Shown piece by piece: positions 10,216 through 19,328 of a DNA stretch of 40,604 nt (position 1 is the stretch's first letter; each line of letters opens with the position of its first letter). Source of the DNA: Coleofasciculus sp. B1-GNL1-01. Its GTDB lineage: Bacteria; Cyanobacteriota; Cyanobacteriia; Cyanobacteriales; Coleofasciculaceae. Under the pieces are notes generated by a model. The model saw only the letters and a list, made by a program, of their open reading frames with translations. It did not search any database and was not told where the DNA came from. The position numbers were made by a program, and so were the translations under genes. The stretch is from NCBI GenBank assembly GCA_040220235.1, contig JAVJTO010000128.1; one strand, written 5' to 3'.

Positions 10216-10743
10216 ATGTCTATCACTTTGCTCTACTGGATATTAATTGCCCTGATGCTCGTGGGTGTAGTGGGTGCTGTAGTCCCTGGTCTTCCCGGTT
10301 CTAGCGTAATTGTTGTGGCAATTTTAGTCTGGGGATTTGTCCAAGGGTTAAGTGCGATAAGTTTGGCATTGGGCGTTGCTGTTGGGGTATTACTCCTCAG
10401 TGTCGGCATTGATTTTTTAGCCACCTACTGGGGAGCAAAACGGGCAGGGGCGAGCAAGTGGGGGCAAATTGGTGCAATTATTGGCTTAGTCTTGGGGATT
10501 TTAGGGCTACTTCCAGCGTTACCTGTGGGAGGTCCTCTGTTAGGAATTTTAATTGGTCCACTGTTGGGAGCGTTTATCGGTGAATTTTTATCTCGCCGTC
10601 AGTTGGAATTAGAGCTACGGTTAAAGGCGGCGTTGAAAGCGAGTGTAGGAATTGTAGTCGGTTCGCTGGTGGGGAATGTCATTCAGGGCGCATTGGCGCT
10701 GGCGACGGTGATTGTTTTTGTGGTTACCACCTCCCCCCCCTGA
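10216..10743 (+). CDS. DUF456 family membrane protein
   Basis: Hydrophobic protein with VPGLPG and GAKRAGASKWG motifs. Confidence 0.85.
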   Translation: MSITLLYWILIALMLVGVVGAVVPGLPGSSVIVVAILVWGFVQGLSAISLALGVAVGVLLLSVGIDFLATYWGAKRAGASKWGQIGAIIGLVLGILGLLPALPVGGPLLGILIGPLLGAFIGEFLSRRQLELELRLKAALKASVGIVVGSLVGNVIQGALALATVIVFVVTTSPP

Positions 10744-10961
10744 CAGGTGGAGGTTTTTTACTTTAGGGTGGGGTCAAGACAAGGAGGACAAGGTTGACAA
10801 GAGGACAAGGGAGGAAAACCCTACAAAATCTTGTTCGGTCAAGTTAACGTCTAAAAGCTGAAAAGCCTTGTTTTTTGGTGAACATCTTAACAGGGAACAG
10901 TAAGGGTTTGAGGGCGATTTACTTGCACTTAATACAGTACCGTTTTCTTTTGTCCGACTAC

Positions 10962-11912
10962 TTATTCAAAACTGGCAAACTTATCCGTCGCCTCAATTAA
11001 CGCACTACGAATCCCCGGTTCTGTTATAGAATGTCCCGAATCTGCAACCACAACAAACTCAGCTTCTGACCAAACCTGATGCAACTCCCACGCCGATATC
11101 ATCGGACAAACCACATCATATCGTCCCTGAACAATCACCCCAGGAATATGACGAATCCGATCAATATTTCGCAATAACTGATCCTCTGATTCAAAAAAGC
11201 CTTTGTTGATAAAATAATGACACTCAATTCTGGCAAAAGCATCGGCAAAATCACTTTCACTAAACTTTTGCATTAAGTTGGGGTCTTGCAACAGTCTACT
11301 GGTACTCGCCTCCCAAACTGACCAAGCCCGCGCAGCTACTTGCCGAATTTTGGGATCAGGACTGGTTAAACGCTGATAATAAGCTGAAATAAAATCATCC
11401 CGTTCCGCCTCTGGAATCGGCTTAATGTAGTGTTCCCAAGCATCAGGAAAAATATAGCTAGCCCCCTCCTGATAAAACCAACGCAGTTCCTTTTGTCGCA
11501 GCATAAAGATTCCCCGTAGAATCAATCCTCGACAGCGTTCGGGATGGGTTTGACTGTAGGCGAGGGACAGGGTACTCCCCCAACTTCCGCCAAATACCAC
11601 CCACTGTTCAATCCCCAAATGGAGGCGCAGTTTCTCAATATCGCTGACTAAATCCCAAGTAGTATTCTCTTGCAGTTCCGCATGAGGTGTACTTTTACCA
11701 CTCCCACGTTGGTCAAACATAACAATTCGCCATTGATTCGGATTAAAATATTGGCGGTAAAAGGGTTGGCTACCTCCCCCAGGTCCACCATGTAACACAA
11801 CGACCGATTTACCTTCCGGATTCCCTGACTCCTCATAGGAAATCCTGTGTAGGTTACTCACCTGTAGCATTCCTTGGTTATAAGGTTCGATGGGGGGATA
11901 GAGTTCGCGCAT
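10962..11912 (-). CDS. pip: Proline iminopeptidase
   Basis: HGGPGGG, GGSWGS, QGRYD and GHS catalytic motifs. Confidence 0.95.
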   Translation of the reverse strand: MRELYPPIEPYNQGMLQVSNLHRISYEESGNPEGKSVVVLHGGPGGGSQPFYRQYFNPNQWRIVMFDQRGSGKSTPHAELQENTTWDLVSDIEKLRLHLGIEQWVVFGGSWGSTLSLAYSQTHPERCRGLILRGIFMLRQKELRWFYQEGASYIFPDAWEHYIKPIPEAERDDFISAYYQRLTSPDPKIRQVAARAWSVWEASTSRLLQDPNLMQKFSESDFADAFARIECHYFINKGFFESEDQLLRNIDRIRHIPGVIVQGRYDVVCPMISAWELHQVWSEAEFVVVADSGHSITEPGIRSALIEATDKFASFE

Positions 11913-11935
11913 AATTTTCGATTACAGTAACAAAG

Positions 11936-12835
11936 GTGGTGGCGCTTTTATCGCCGACGACGAATGGTGGTGCGATCGCCTATAATTCTTTCCTAGTTTT
12001 TACTATGCCAAATTCTAGGCAATTGACGACAACGATAGACGCGAAAGCGGGTTATATTTCTATCCAGGACTCTCACTCTGACACCCGAAAGGCTTACTGG
12101 CGGCGTATCCCCAGGATTCAGTGGTTGGTGATTCTCACAGTTTTGGGACTGGGTTTGTTTGGCTGTAAGTCCTCTAAATCCCCCGAAAATGACCAGAGTC
12201 CCTCACCCCCCGTATCAGAAACACCCGCTGATTTTTCTTTTCCCTTGATTACCCCGAATGTCTCACCCCTTCCTACAGAAACACCAACAGTCTCACCCCT
12301 CCCCACGCCCACGATTTCATCTGTGCCCCCAGAGATAGTTGTCTTACCGACTCCTGAACAAGTCCCTAATACACCCTCTGTCTCCCCTGAGATAACTCCT
12401 GCGCCCACTCCAGAGGCTTCTAAAGCTGTCCCACCCCCTTTACCCAAACCACCAGGCGTTGATAACCGTAAGCCGACGATTACAAATTTACCCGATGGCA
12501 ATTATTTTTATGGCGAATCAGCGGAATTTGACCGTCCGGGTAGTCGGTATTTAGTGTTTGTAAAAACTGATAATGTGCTAATTGGACAGGAGTATTTTTT
12601 ACAAACTGAGCAGAGTCGTTGTTTTAAAGGAATAGTCAATGAAAATACAGTCAAAAATGTTAAAGTCGCTTATCGCCAACCCTCTCTAGAGGCGGAAGAT
12701 GCACAATGGTCATTTGAAGATATGAAACCGATAAGAATCAGCGATTTTCAGTCGATTAGCTGGGATAAAACTCCTGATTTTGCTAAGAATAATTTACAAG
12801 ATTGCGTAAAAATTTTTAGTATTTTTAATGAATAA
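11936..12835 (+). CDS. Hypothetical Pro-rich lipoprotein (start uncertain, probably downstream)
   Basis: Hydrophobic stretch ending in the lipobox LFGC, a Pro/Thr linker, and a C-terminal DGNYFYGES...C...C domain. Confidence 0.65.
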   Translation: MVALLSPTTNGGAIAYNSFLVFTMPNSRQLTTTIDAKAGYISIQDSHSDTRKAYWRRIPRIQWLVILTVLGLGLFGCKSSKSPENDQSPSPPVSETPADFSFPLITPNVSPLPTETPTVSPLPTPTISSVPPEIVVLPTPEQVPNTPSVSPEITPAPTPEASKAVPPPLPKPPGVDNRKPTITNLPDGNYFYGESAEFDRPGSRYLVFVKTDNVLIGQEYFLQTEQSRCFKGIVNENTVKNVKVAYRQPSLEAEDAQWSFEDMKPIRISDFQSISWDKTPDFAKNNLQDCVKIFSIFNE

Positions 12836-12876
12836 TTAAAAATATAAAGATGGTTGATCGCAGAAAGTTAACGGTA

Positions 12877-13028
12877 AACTGTCATGCATTTAAATTGGGT
12901 ATTAAGCTGTCATGCATTTAAATTGGGAATGGGTAGCGAGCAAGATGCAAAGCCTGCGGCATGGCTTCGCTAAACGCACTACAAGGATTTCGTCATTATT
13001 GACATTAAGGTTTAAATGCCGAACAGCT
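12877..13028 (+). mobile_element. Nested ~100-bp TA-MITE: a partial left end plus a full copy at 12905-13028 with an internal ~26-bp insert
   Basis: CTGTCATGCATTTAAATTGGG occurs twice; ends AGCTGT...ACAGCT match the copies at 22758, 27724 and 32599. Confidence 0.8.
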
Positions 13029-13230
13029 CGATATCCGTAGGCGTGTCCACACCCTTGTAGCGGTTGCAATACAAGGGAAGCGGCAGATCTGTTGTTAAGA
13101 GGGGGATCTAGACCAACCCCGACCGATGATAATCATATACACATTTCGTAATATTTTGTTAACATAGTTAAAAATCATCCTCTAGACCGATCACGTTTTA
13201 CAGCACCTTCTTGCCAAACGTAGATACAGT

Positions 13231-13923
13231 ATGAACTTCTTCAATCCCACAGAGCCAATTCTTCGTACCAAACAGCACGCACTCGACTACCAAGACCGTC
13301 AAGGATTGTTACGCCTGCATTGGCAACTCGGACGGAAGACACTGCTATCAGCCTTTTATACCCGTATCGACCAGGTATTCCTGTTCTGGGGTATAATTTG
13401 CGCCATGATTTTTATCACTGCCCAGTTTTTGCCGATTAGCTGGAAACTCCAAGCTGGACTGTGGTCAGGACTTACCCTAATTGGCACCGCAGCGATGGTG
13501 GTACTCACCAACTTTTGGGTAAAAGTTGAACGCCTCAATTGGCTACTTTATTTCTGGGGAGTCCTCATGATTGGTGGTGTCATTCTCACCGATTTGAGCA
13601 TTTTCCTGGGTTGGGGACATTTGTTGATTCGCCTTTGTCACCTATGGTTGGGACTGTGCGCTGTGGGCTATATCGGTACAGGACTAGGGATGCGATCGCG
13701 TGCCTTTACTCTCGCAGGTATCATTCATTTACTGGGTATTGCGCTTTTAAACTATGTCGGAGGTTGGCAGTTTCTCACCACGGGTATCGTGATGGCTGCC
13801 TCTCTACTGATGTTTGCCGAAACCCAGTGGGATATGCGTCCTCCCATTGAGTACAAGCTGTTAACGCTAGAACAACGACAGTTCAATCAACAGCAGCATC
13901 AATTGCGTCAACTTTCTTTGTAG
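13231..13923 (+). CDS. Hypothetical multi-TM membrane protein
   Basis: 230-aa ORF with about 6 hydrophobic helices. Confidence 0.75.
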   Translation: MNFFNPTEPILRTKQHALDYQDRQGLLRLHWQLGRKTLLSAFYTRIDQVFLFWGIICAMIFITAQFLPISWKLQAGLWSGLTLIGTAAMVVLTNFWVKVERLNWLLYFWGVLMIGGVILTDLSIFLGWGHLLIRLCHLWLGLCAVGYIGTGLGMRSRAFTLAGIIHLLGIALLNYVGGWQFLTTGIVMAASLLMFAETQWDMRPPIEYKLLTLEQRQFNQQQHQLRQLSL

Positions 13924-14023
13924 AACCGATAACTATACTCTTTTAGATGGATAGCAAATTGTTGTCCTTTATACCTAACGGTCGATAAACTGAAAGGGTT
14001 TAGCCGCTACTATGAGAAATAAC

Positions 14024-14253
14024 AAAGGAATTGCACCGGATTGGGCGTTTTGCTGCTGTGGTCCATTGGTTGCACATCGAAGGAGAGCGACGTCAGATGT
14101 GCAAACGGTGCAACTGAATTGCTGAGCTAAGGTGGTGTGAAGTTTTTGTCGCTTCCTTCACTTTGTTACTACCAACGGGAGACGAAACTCTCCATCAGAG
14201 CGGTCGAAGGTAGTAGACACCGAATTAGTCAGCTTATCCAATCAAATTCCTTT
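14024..14253 (+). ncRNA. Candidate highly structured ncRNA of unknown family
   Basis: About 8 nested helices, 5'/3' end pairing, loop-loop complementarity, a TACTAT -10-like box upstream and a terminator downstream. Confidence 0.6.
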
Positions 14254-14265
14254 ATAAAAAAACCT

Positions 14266-14315
14266 AAATAAAAGTTGGTGAAGTAGTTTAACCTATCTTC
14301 ACCAACTTAATTTTT
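14266..14315. terminator. Bidirectional intrinsic terminator
   Basis: 12-bp stem AAGTTGGTGAAG/CTTCACCAACTT flanked by A- and T-rich tails, between convergent units. Confidence 0.75.
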
Positions 14316-14383
14316 GGAATGAACCCATGAACAATTACCAAACCGATTTTTTTACCGATTCTTTTACCGATTCTTATCGGAGG

Positions 14384-14536
14384 TTACCAATCCGCTCTTC
14401 TGGGTTCGTGGAAAGGTTCACCACTGAAGGGTTGCACGCCCGTAGACGGATAAGCATCGTCACTGGGACCGAAAATTCTCACAACCGCTTCTGATATATA
14501 TTGGGTTATTTCTGCAAACAGTTTGGAAATATTCAT
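14384..14536 (-). CDS. Small 50-aa cyanobacterial protein (IFGPSDDAYPSTGVQPFSGEP type)
   Basis: MNISKLFAEITQYISEAVVRIFGPSDDAYPSTGVQPFSGEPFHEPRRADW with a strong GAGGAGG RBS; below the ORF-track cutoff. Confidence 0.8.
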   Translation of the reverse strand: MNISKLFAEITQYISEAVVRIFGPSDDAYPSTGVQPFSGEPFHEPRRADW

Positions 14537-14922
14537 AACCTTGTCCTCCTCATAGAGTAAATCTCAATCAGATTTAAATTGGGTGTATTGGTATGCAATT
14601 CACTTTAGATTATGAGGGATACACCCCAAAAAAACAGTATTTTGCAACATTTATTTGATTATGTTTGCAATACTTTTCCCAAGCTTCAGTCAAATGCCCG
14701 ATTATTCGCTATTTGTATAAATTTTCGTTTACATCCTTGACATTCTGTAATGATTTGTTGCACTCATGCTGGGAAATCCTGACATTCGCTACGAGAGTTC
14801 ACCAAACTTAAACGCCTGATCGTATAATGGCACAAGCAGGCTTAACTGCGGCTGCTGCACCGAAGTCTGCCAAACGCTCTACATTGATTAAGGCAAGTCA
14901 TTGTGACTTGTTAGGTATAGTT

Positions 14923-16377
14923 ATGCAGCCGAAAAATTTGCGCCGACTCCTGCGGGCACTGTCTCGACAGGGGTTGGATGTTCACTACAATCATCCGATC
15001 TACTCTGTACGTCTGCAAAATTCTGCCAATGCGCCTGTGGCAGAGGTTTTACTCCCAGAAGGGTTTCCAGTGGAAGCGAAAGCGTTTAAACAGTTGGCGA
15101 ATCTGGCAAACATTCGTCATCCATCAGGGGGTCATGTTTGTCAGGTTTGCGCTACGCCAGATTTTCACCCCGGTGACGCCGGAGTTGCTATCGGTTCAGT
15201 CGTGGAAACGGAAGGGATGATTATTCCCGCTGCTGTTGGTTCTGATATCAACTGTGGGATGCGATTACATCTGGCGGATTTGTCGATTGATGACTTTTTA
15301 GAGAAACGCGATCGCTTTGTTGAGTTGATCAAAGGGGATTACTTTTTGGGTACTCGTGATGTCACCATGACAGCCAAAACCAGTCGGGCTTTATTTGAAC
15401 ATGGGATTCCAGGTTGGCTGGATGGGATGCTGGATTTACCAACGGGTAGTTTCGTCAACTCTGAACTGGATCAGTTAGCGGCTGAATGCGATCGCGTTTT
15501 CTTGGGTGGTTCCCTGGATGGGTCAATACGGTGGGCACCAGAGGAACTCGTTCCAGAGGAGGGATGGGTGCGAGATGGGGGATTGGGAACCATTGGCGGT
15601 GGCAATCATTTTGTGGAAATTCAGATGGTTGAGGCGATTGAAGATCGGGCAAGGGCGTTTGCTTGGGGAGTGCGAGAGGGACAATTGGCATTTATGGTGC
15701 ATTCCGGTTCTCGGAATGTGGGCAAATTTATTGGGGGACTGTGGCGAACCCGTACTCAAGCGGTTTGGTTACAAGGACATCCTTATCCAGAGTCTCGGCT
15801 GTTTTCTCTGTCGGTTCACCGGAACCCTGATTTGGTGCAGGATTATTTGCAAGCCCAAGCAACCGCCGCTAACTATGGTTTTGTCAATCGGCTTGTGTTA
15901 GCGGAACTGTTACGGTTACGCTTACGGCAGGTTTATGGGGATATAGAAGCCCCCTTGGTTTATGATTTGCCCCATAATATTACATTGCCTCAAAAGGAAT
16001 CCACTCAAATTCATCGGTGGATAACTCGCAAAGGCGCTTGTCCAGCTTATGCCGAACAGCCTGTGATTATTCCGGGTTCAATGGGAACACCCTCTTACCT
16101 AGTCGTTGGTAAAGGAAATCCCGCCTTTCTCTGGAGTGCATCCCATGGCGCAGGACGGTTGCGATCGCGCTTTGAACTGAGTCGTCGTGGGGCGGGTTAC
16201 TGTGAGGAAACCTTAGGGTTAACGGGTGTTGATTGCATTACCCTGCGGGAAGAACGGCGGATTGAAGAAGCACCTGCGGCTTATAAGCCCATTCAGCCCA
16301 TAATTGAGGCACAAGTTAAGGCAAAGATGGTCAGTGTAGTGGCGCGTTTACGACCGATTTTGACGTTTAAGGCGTAA
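14923..16377 (+). CDS. rtcB: RtcB family RNA 2',3'-cyclic phosphate/5'-OH ligase
   Basis: PDFHPG, GSDINCG, GGGNHF, HSGSR, PHN, RKGA, PGSM, SHGAGR and EEAPAAYK all intact. Likely start MQPKNL, with TATAAT at 14823. Confidence 0.92.
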   Translation: MQPKNLRRLLRALSRQGLDVHYNHPIYSVRLQNSANAPVAEVLLPEGFPVEAKAFKQLANLANIRHPSGGHVCQVCATPDFHPGDAGVAIGSVVETEGMIIPAAVGSDINCGMRLHLADLSIDDFLEKRDRFVELIKGDYFLGTRDVTMTAKTSRALFEHGIPGWLDGMLDLPTGSFVNSELDQLAAECDRVFLGGSLDGSIRWAPEELVPEEGWVRDGGLGTIGGGNHFVEIQMVEAIEDRARAFAWGVREGQLAFMVHSGSRNVGKFIGGLWRTRTQAVWLQGHPYPESRLFSLSVHRNPDLVQDYLQAQATAANYGFVNRLVLAELLRLRLRQVYGDIEAPLVYDLPHNITLPQKESTQIHRWITRKGACPAYAEQPVIIPGSMGTPSYLVVGKGNPAFLWSASHGAGRLRSRFELSRRGAGYCEETLGLTGVDCITLREERRIEEAPAAYKPIQPIIEAQVKAKMVSVVARLRPILTFKA

Positions 16378-16473
16378 TTTGTGGGGGGGAAGTATTCGTG
16401 CCAAAAAATTGCTCCGATGCCAAATTTAATTCAGAAGGTATAGGGCTATTTGGGGGCTTGCTACTACAATTGA

Positions 16474-16504
<31 letters not shown>

Positions 16505-16579
16505 TAGCGCTACGCGCTATACGTCTGATTTGTTCATGGTTCATGACAATCAACGCTGAACAATACCCATCTGAAACTT

Positions 16580-17956
16580 ATGCCACAGGAAGATCAGCAA
16601 CTCACTCTCACTCCAGCCGATTACAGCCTATTAACCGATCTCTATGAACTGACCATGGCAGCTTGCTATGTTGGTGAAGGGTTAGAGAATCGACGCGCCA
16701 GCTTTGAGTTATTCGTGCGACGTTTGCCTAACGGCTTTGGCTATTTAATTGCTATGGGATTAGCACAGGCGTTAGATTATCTGGAGAAGCTTCAATTCTC
16801 CGAATCCCATATAGAAGCGTTGCAAGCAACAGGGCTATTTGATCAAGTCCCAGAACGCTTTTGGTCAGTCCTCAAGTCAGAAGGATTTTCTGGCGATGTT
16901 TGGGCTGTACCTGAAGGAACTGCCGTATTTGCCAATGAACCTCTGCTGCGTGTCGAAGCCCCTTTGTGGCAAGCCCAACTCGTCGAAACGTATATTCTCA
17001 ATACAATTAATTACCAAACCCTGATTGCAACTCGATCAGCGCGGATGCGAGATGTTGCTGGAGAGGATGCCAAGCTGTTGGAATTTGGTACCCGCCGTGC
17101 GTTTAGTCCACAAGGCGCAATCTGGGCAGCACGGGCAGCATTAGCCGCTGGATTTGATTCTACCTCAAATGTGGTCGCCGCGCTAAGGTTGAACCAAAAA
17201 CCCAGTGGCACAATGGCACATTCGCTGGTGATGGCAATTGCTGCTGTATCTGGGAGTGAAGATGAGGCATTTAGTGCATTTCAACGCTATTTTCCCACTG
17301 CGCCTCTATTAATTGATACTTATGATACAGTTGTAGCGGCTCAACGTCTGGCAGAACAGGTCAAAGCCAATCAAACAAACGTTGCAGGTGTGCGCTTAGA
17401 TTCTGGAGATATTGCTGATCTGTCTAAACAAGTGAACTCGCTGCTACCAGAAGCGAAAATCTTTGCCAGTGGTGACATGGATGAATGGGAGATTGCCAAA
17501 ATTAAACAAGCAGGCGGTATTATTGACGGCTATGGTGTCGGTACGCGATTAGTTACAGGTAAGCCAGTTAATGGAGTGTATAAACTGGTGGAACTGGATG
17601 GCATTCCTACGATGAAACAGTCGAGTAGTAAAGAAACCTATCCTGGACGTAAACAAGTTTTCCGCCATTGCGTGGACGGGAAAATTAGCAAAGATCGGCT
17701 GGCAATGGTATCTGAATCTCCTCAAGCAAATGAACAACCATTGTTGCAACTCATGGTTCAAACGGGTAAACGGTTAAACCCACCGGAACCATTAGCGGAC
17801 ATTAAAAAACGCACAGCGGCAACTGTGGCAATGATTCCTGATGCAATCCGCCAACTTGATGATCCCCAACCCCTACAAGTAGAGATTTCGGATGAATTAC
17901 AACAGCTTACTCAACAGACAGAAAAACGATTAGAGCAAGAAGCGACTGATGTCTAA
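16580..17956 (+). CDS. pncB: Nicotinate phosphoribosyltransferase
   Basis: LLTDLYELTM, EFGTRR, GTMAHS, LIDTYD, GVRLDSGD and GVYKLV motifs. Confidence 0.93.
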   Translation: MPQEDQQLTLTPADYSLLTDLYELTMAACYVGEGLENRRASFELFVRRLPNGFGYLIAMGLAQALDYLEKLQFSESHIEALQATGLFDQVPERFWSVLKSEGFSGDVWAVPEGTAVFANEPLLRVEAPLWQAQLVETYILNTINYQTLIATRSARMRDVAGEDAKLLEFGTRRAFSPQGAIWAARAALAAGFDSTSNVVAALRLNQKPSGTMAHSLVMAIAAVSGSEDEAFSAFQRYFPTAPLLIDTYDTVVAAQRLAEQVKANQTNVAGVRLDSGDIADLSKQVNSLLPEAKIFASGDMDEWEIAKIKQAGGIIDGYGVGTRLVTGKPVNGVYKLVELDGIPTMKQSSSKETYPGRKQVFRHCVDGKISKDRLAMVSESPQANEQPLLQLMVQTGKRLNPPEPLADIKKRTAATVAMIPDAIRQLDDPQPLQVEISDELQQLTQQTEKRLEQEATDV

Positions 17957-18034
17957 ATGTAGGAGGCATATAGCAGCTCAAAGAAAACCGATAACCTGAA
18001 AAAATACATTCTGAAATAGGGGTTTGAGTAAAGG

Positions 18035-18372
18035 CATGCGTGTCAACTTAAGAGGAAACGCAAGCTAAGTGGAATACCACTGACTTTAGAGTTTGTAGTA
18101 AGCGATGCGAGCGCTTCTGGCATGCTTCGTGCCTACTACGAACCCAGCTTAAGTCAGTGACATTCAAGGTAAGTGAGCCTTTGAATCTCGCTGCCTTAAA
18201 AATAACCCCCCTTAATCCCCCCTTGCTAAGGGGGGAAATCAAAGCCATTTTAGTTCTTCGTTCCCTCCTTACCCCCTTTTTTCTCCCGGTTCCCTCCCCT
18301 TGATAAGGGAAGGGTTAGGGTGGGGTTATATCAAGGTATTACTTTCGTTTTAAGCTTAAGTTGACACGGATG
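18035..18372. mobile_element. 338-bp MITE with 18-bp terminal inverted repeats and a 9-bp target-site duplication
   Basis: CATGCGTGTCAACTTAAG ... CTTAAGTTGACACGGATG, flanked by GAGTAAAGG at 18026-18034 and 18373-18381. Confidence 0.88.
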
Positions 18373-18379
18373 GAGTAAA

Positions 18380-18440
18380 GGGCGACCCGAGCAAATTGAG
18401 TGGATACAATTGTTGCTTTGTGCAAGCGGGTCGCCCCTAC
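18380..18440 (-). repeat. GTAG-REP pair (GTAGGGGCGACCCG...CGGGTCGCCC)
   Basis: Same family at 22934-22996 and 38660-39092. Confidence 0.75.
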
Positions 18441-18668
18441 ACGAGGATCAAAGATGACATGCTCTTTCCTTTGAGTAGGTTGGTGAAAATACACCCAACA
18501 CTCCACCAGCGTGTAAATAGTCCTCAGACCCTTACAATAAGACGTAGCTTGCTTCTTTTCGGGAGCGAGTATGACAAATGACGATAAGATCCGTTAAATT
18601 TAATTGTTCCCAACTACTTATCTGTATCCTCCTGCCCAATCTATCATGACGATGCTAACGGACTTGAT

Positions 18669-19235
18669 ATGACAACTATTGCCTTATTCGGAACGAGTGC
18701 TGATCCACCCACCGCAGCCCATCAAACTATTCTTGAATGGTTGTCCAACCATTACGATAAAGTCGCTGTCTGGGCGTCAGATAATCCGTTTAAGTCTCAC
18801 CAAACCTCCCTGGAACACCGTAAGCGGATGTTAGAGGTGTTAATTTCCGAAATTGAAACACCGCGAAATAATATTGGTGTGCATGAGGAGTTGAGTCGTA
18901 GTAGAACCCTAGAAACGTTAGCCAAAGCCAAGGAAATTTGGGGGGATGGGGTGGATTATACTCTCGTAGTGGGTTCGGATTTAGTCAATCAGATACCTAG
19001 TTGGTATCGAATTGAAGAATTACTCAGTCAGGTACAGTTGATGGTTGTACCGCGTCCCGGTTATGACATAGACGAGACAGGTGTAGAACGATTAAGGCAA
19101 CTTGGCACTCAGGTGGCGATCGCGGATCTGAATGTTCCTGGAGTGTCCTCCACAGCCTATCGTGAAAAAGGAGACCCAGATGTCATAACCCCTTCTGTTC
19201 AAGAGTATATCAATCGAGAAAAATTGTACGCTTGA
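18669..19235 (+). CDS. nadD: Nicotinate-nucleotide adenylyltransferase
   Basis: FGTSADPPTAAH, VGSD, VSST..R and YI..EKLY motifs. Confidence 0.9.
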   Translation: MTTIALFGTSADPPTAAHQTILEWLSNHYDKVAVWASDNPFKSHQTSLEHRKRMLEVLISEIETPRNNIGVHEELSRSRTLETLAKAKEIWGDGVDYTLVVGSDLVNQIPSWYRIEELLSQVQLMVVPRPGYDIDETGVERLRQLGTQVAIADLNVPGVSSTAYREKGDPDVITPSVQEYINREKLYA

Positions 19236-19328
19236 TCAACGGTGACTCCGGAACAGGGACGTTCTTAGTTATACTTTTAGGGGGACTGTCACTTTTTTAA
19301 GTTCAAAACGTCACAGTTTTGGATAATC

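Noticed and set aside
13140..13175. NtcA or RpaB (HLR1) site upstream of the membrane protein
   Set aside because: No GTA-N8-TAC match and the HLR1 half-sites have several mismatches.
14012..14125. 37-codon ORF MRNNKGIAPDWAFCCCGP... overlapping the structured element
   Set aside because: No RBS, its ATG overlaps the putative -10 box, and base pairing explains the sequence better.
14024..14253. Glycine, cobalamin, c-di-AMP or lysine riboswitch, hammerhead, or retron msr-msd
   Set aside because: Only isolated words match (CGAAGGAG, CGAAAC, GGTGCAA); core order is wrong, there is no regulated downstream gene and no reverse transcriptase nearby.
18048..18581. Short ORFs 18048-18248 and 18396-18581
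   Set aside because: They lie in MITE/REP sequence and have no protein-like features.
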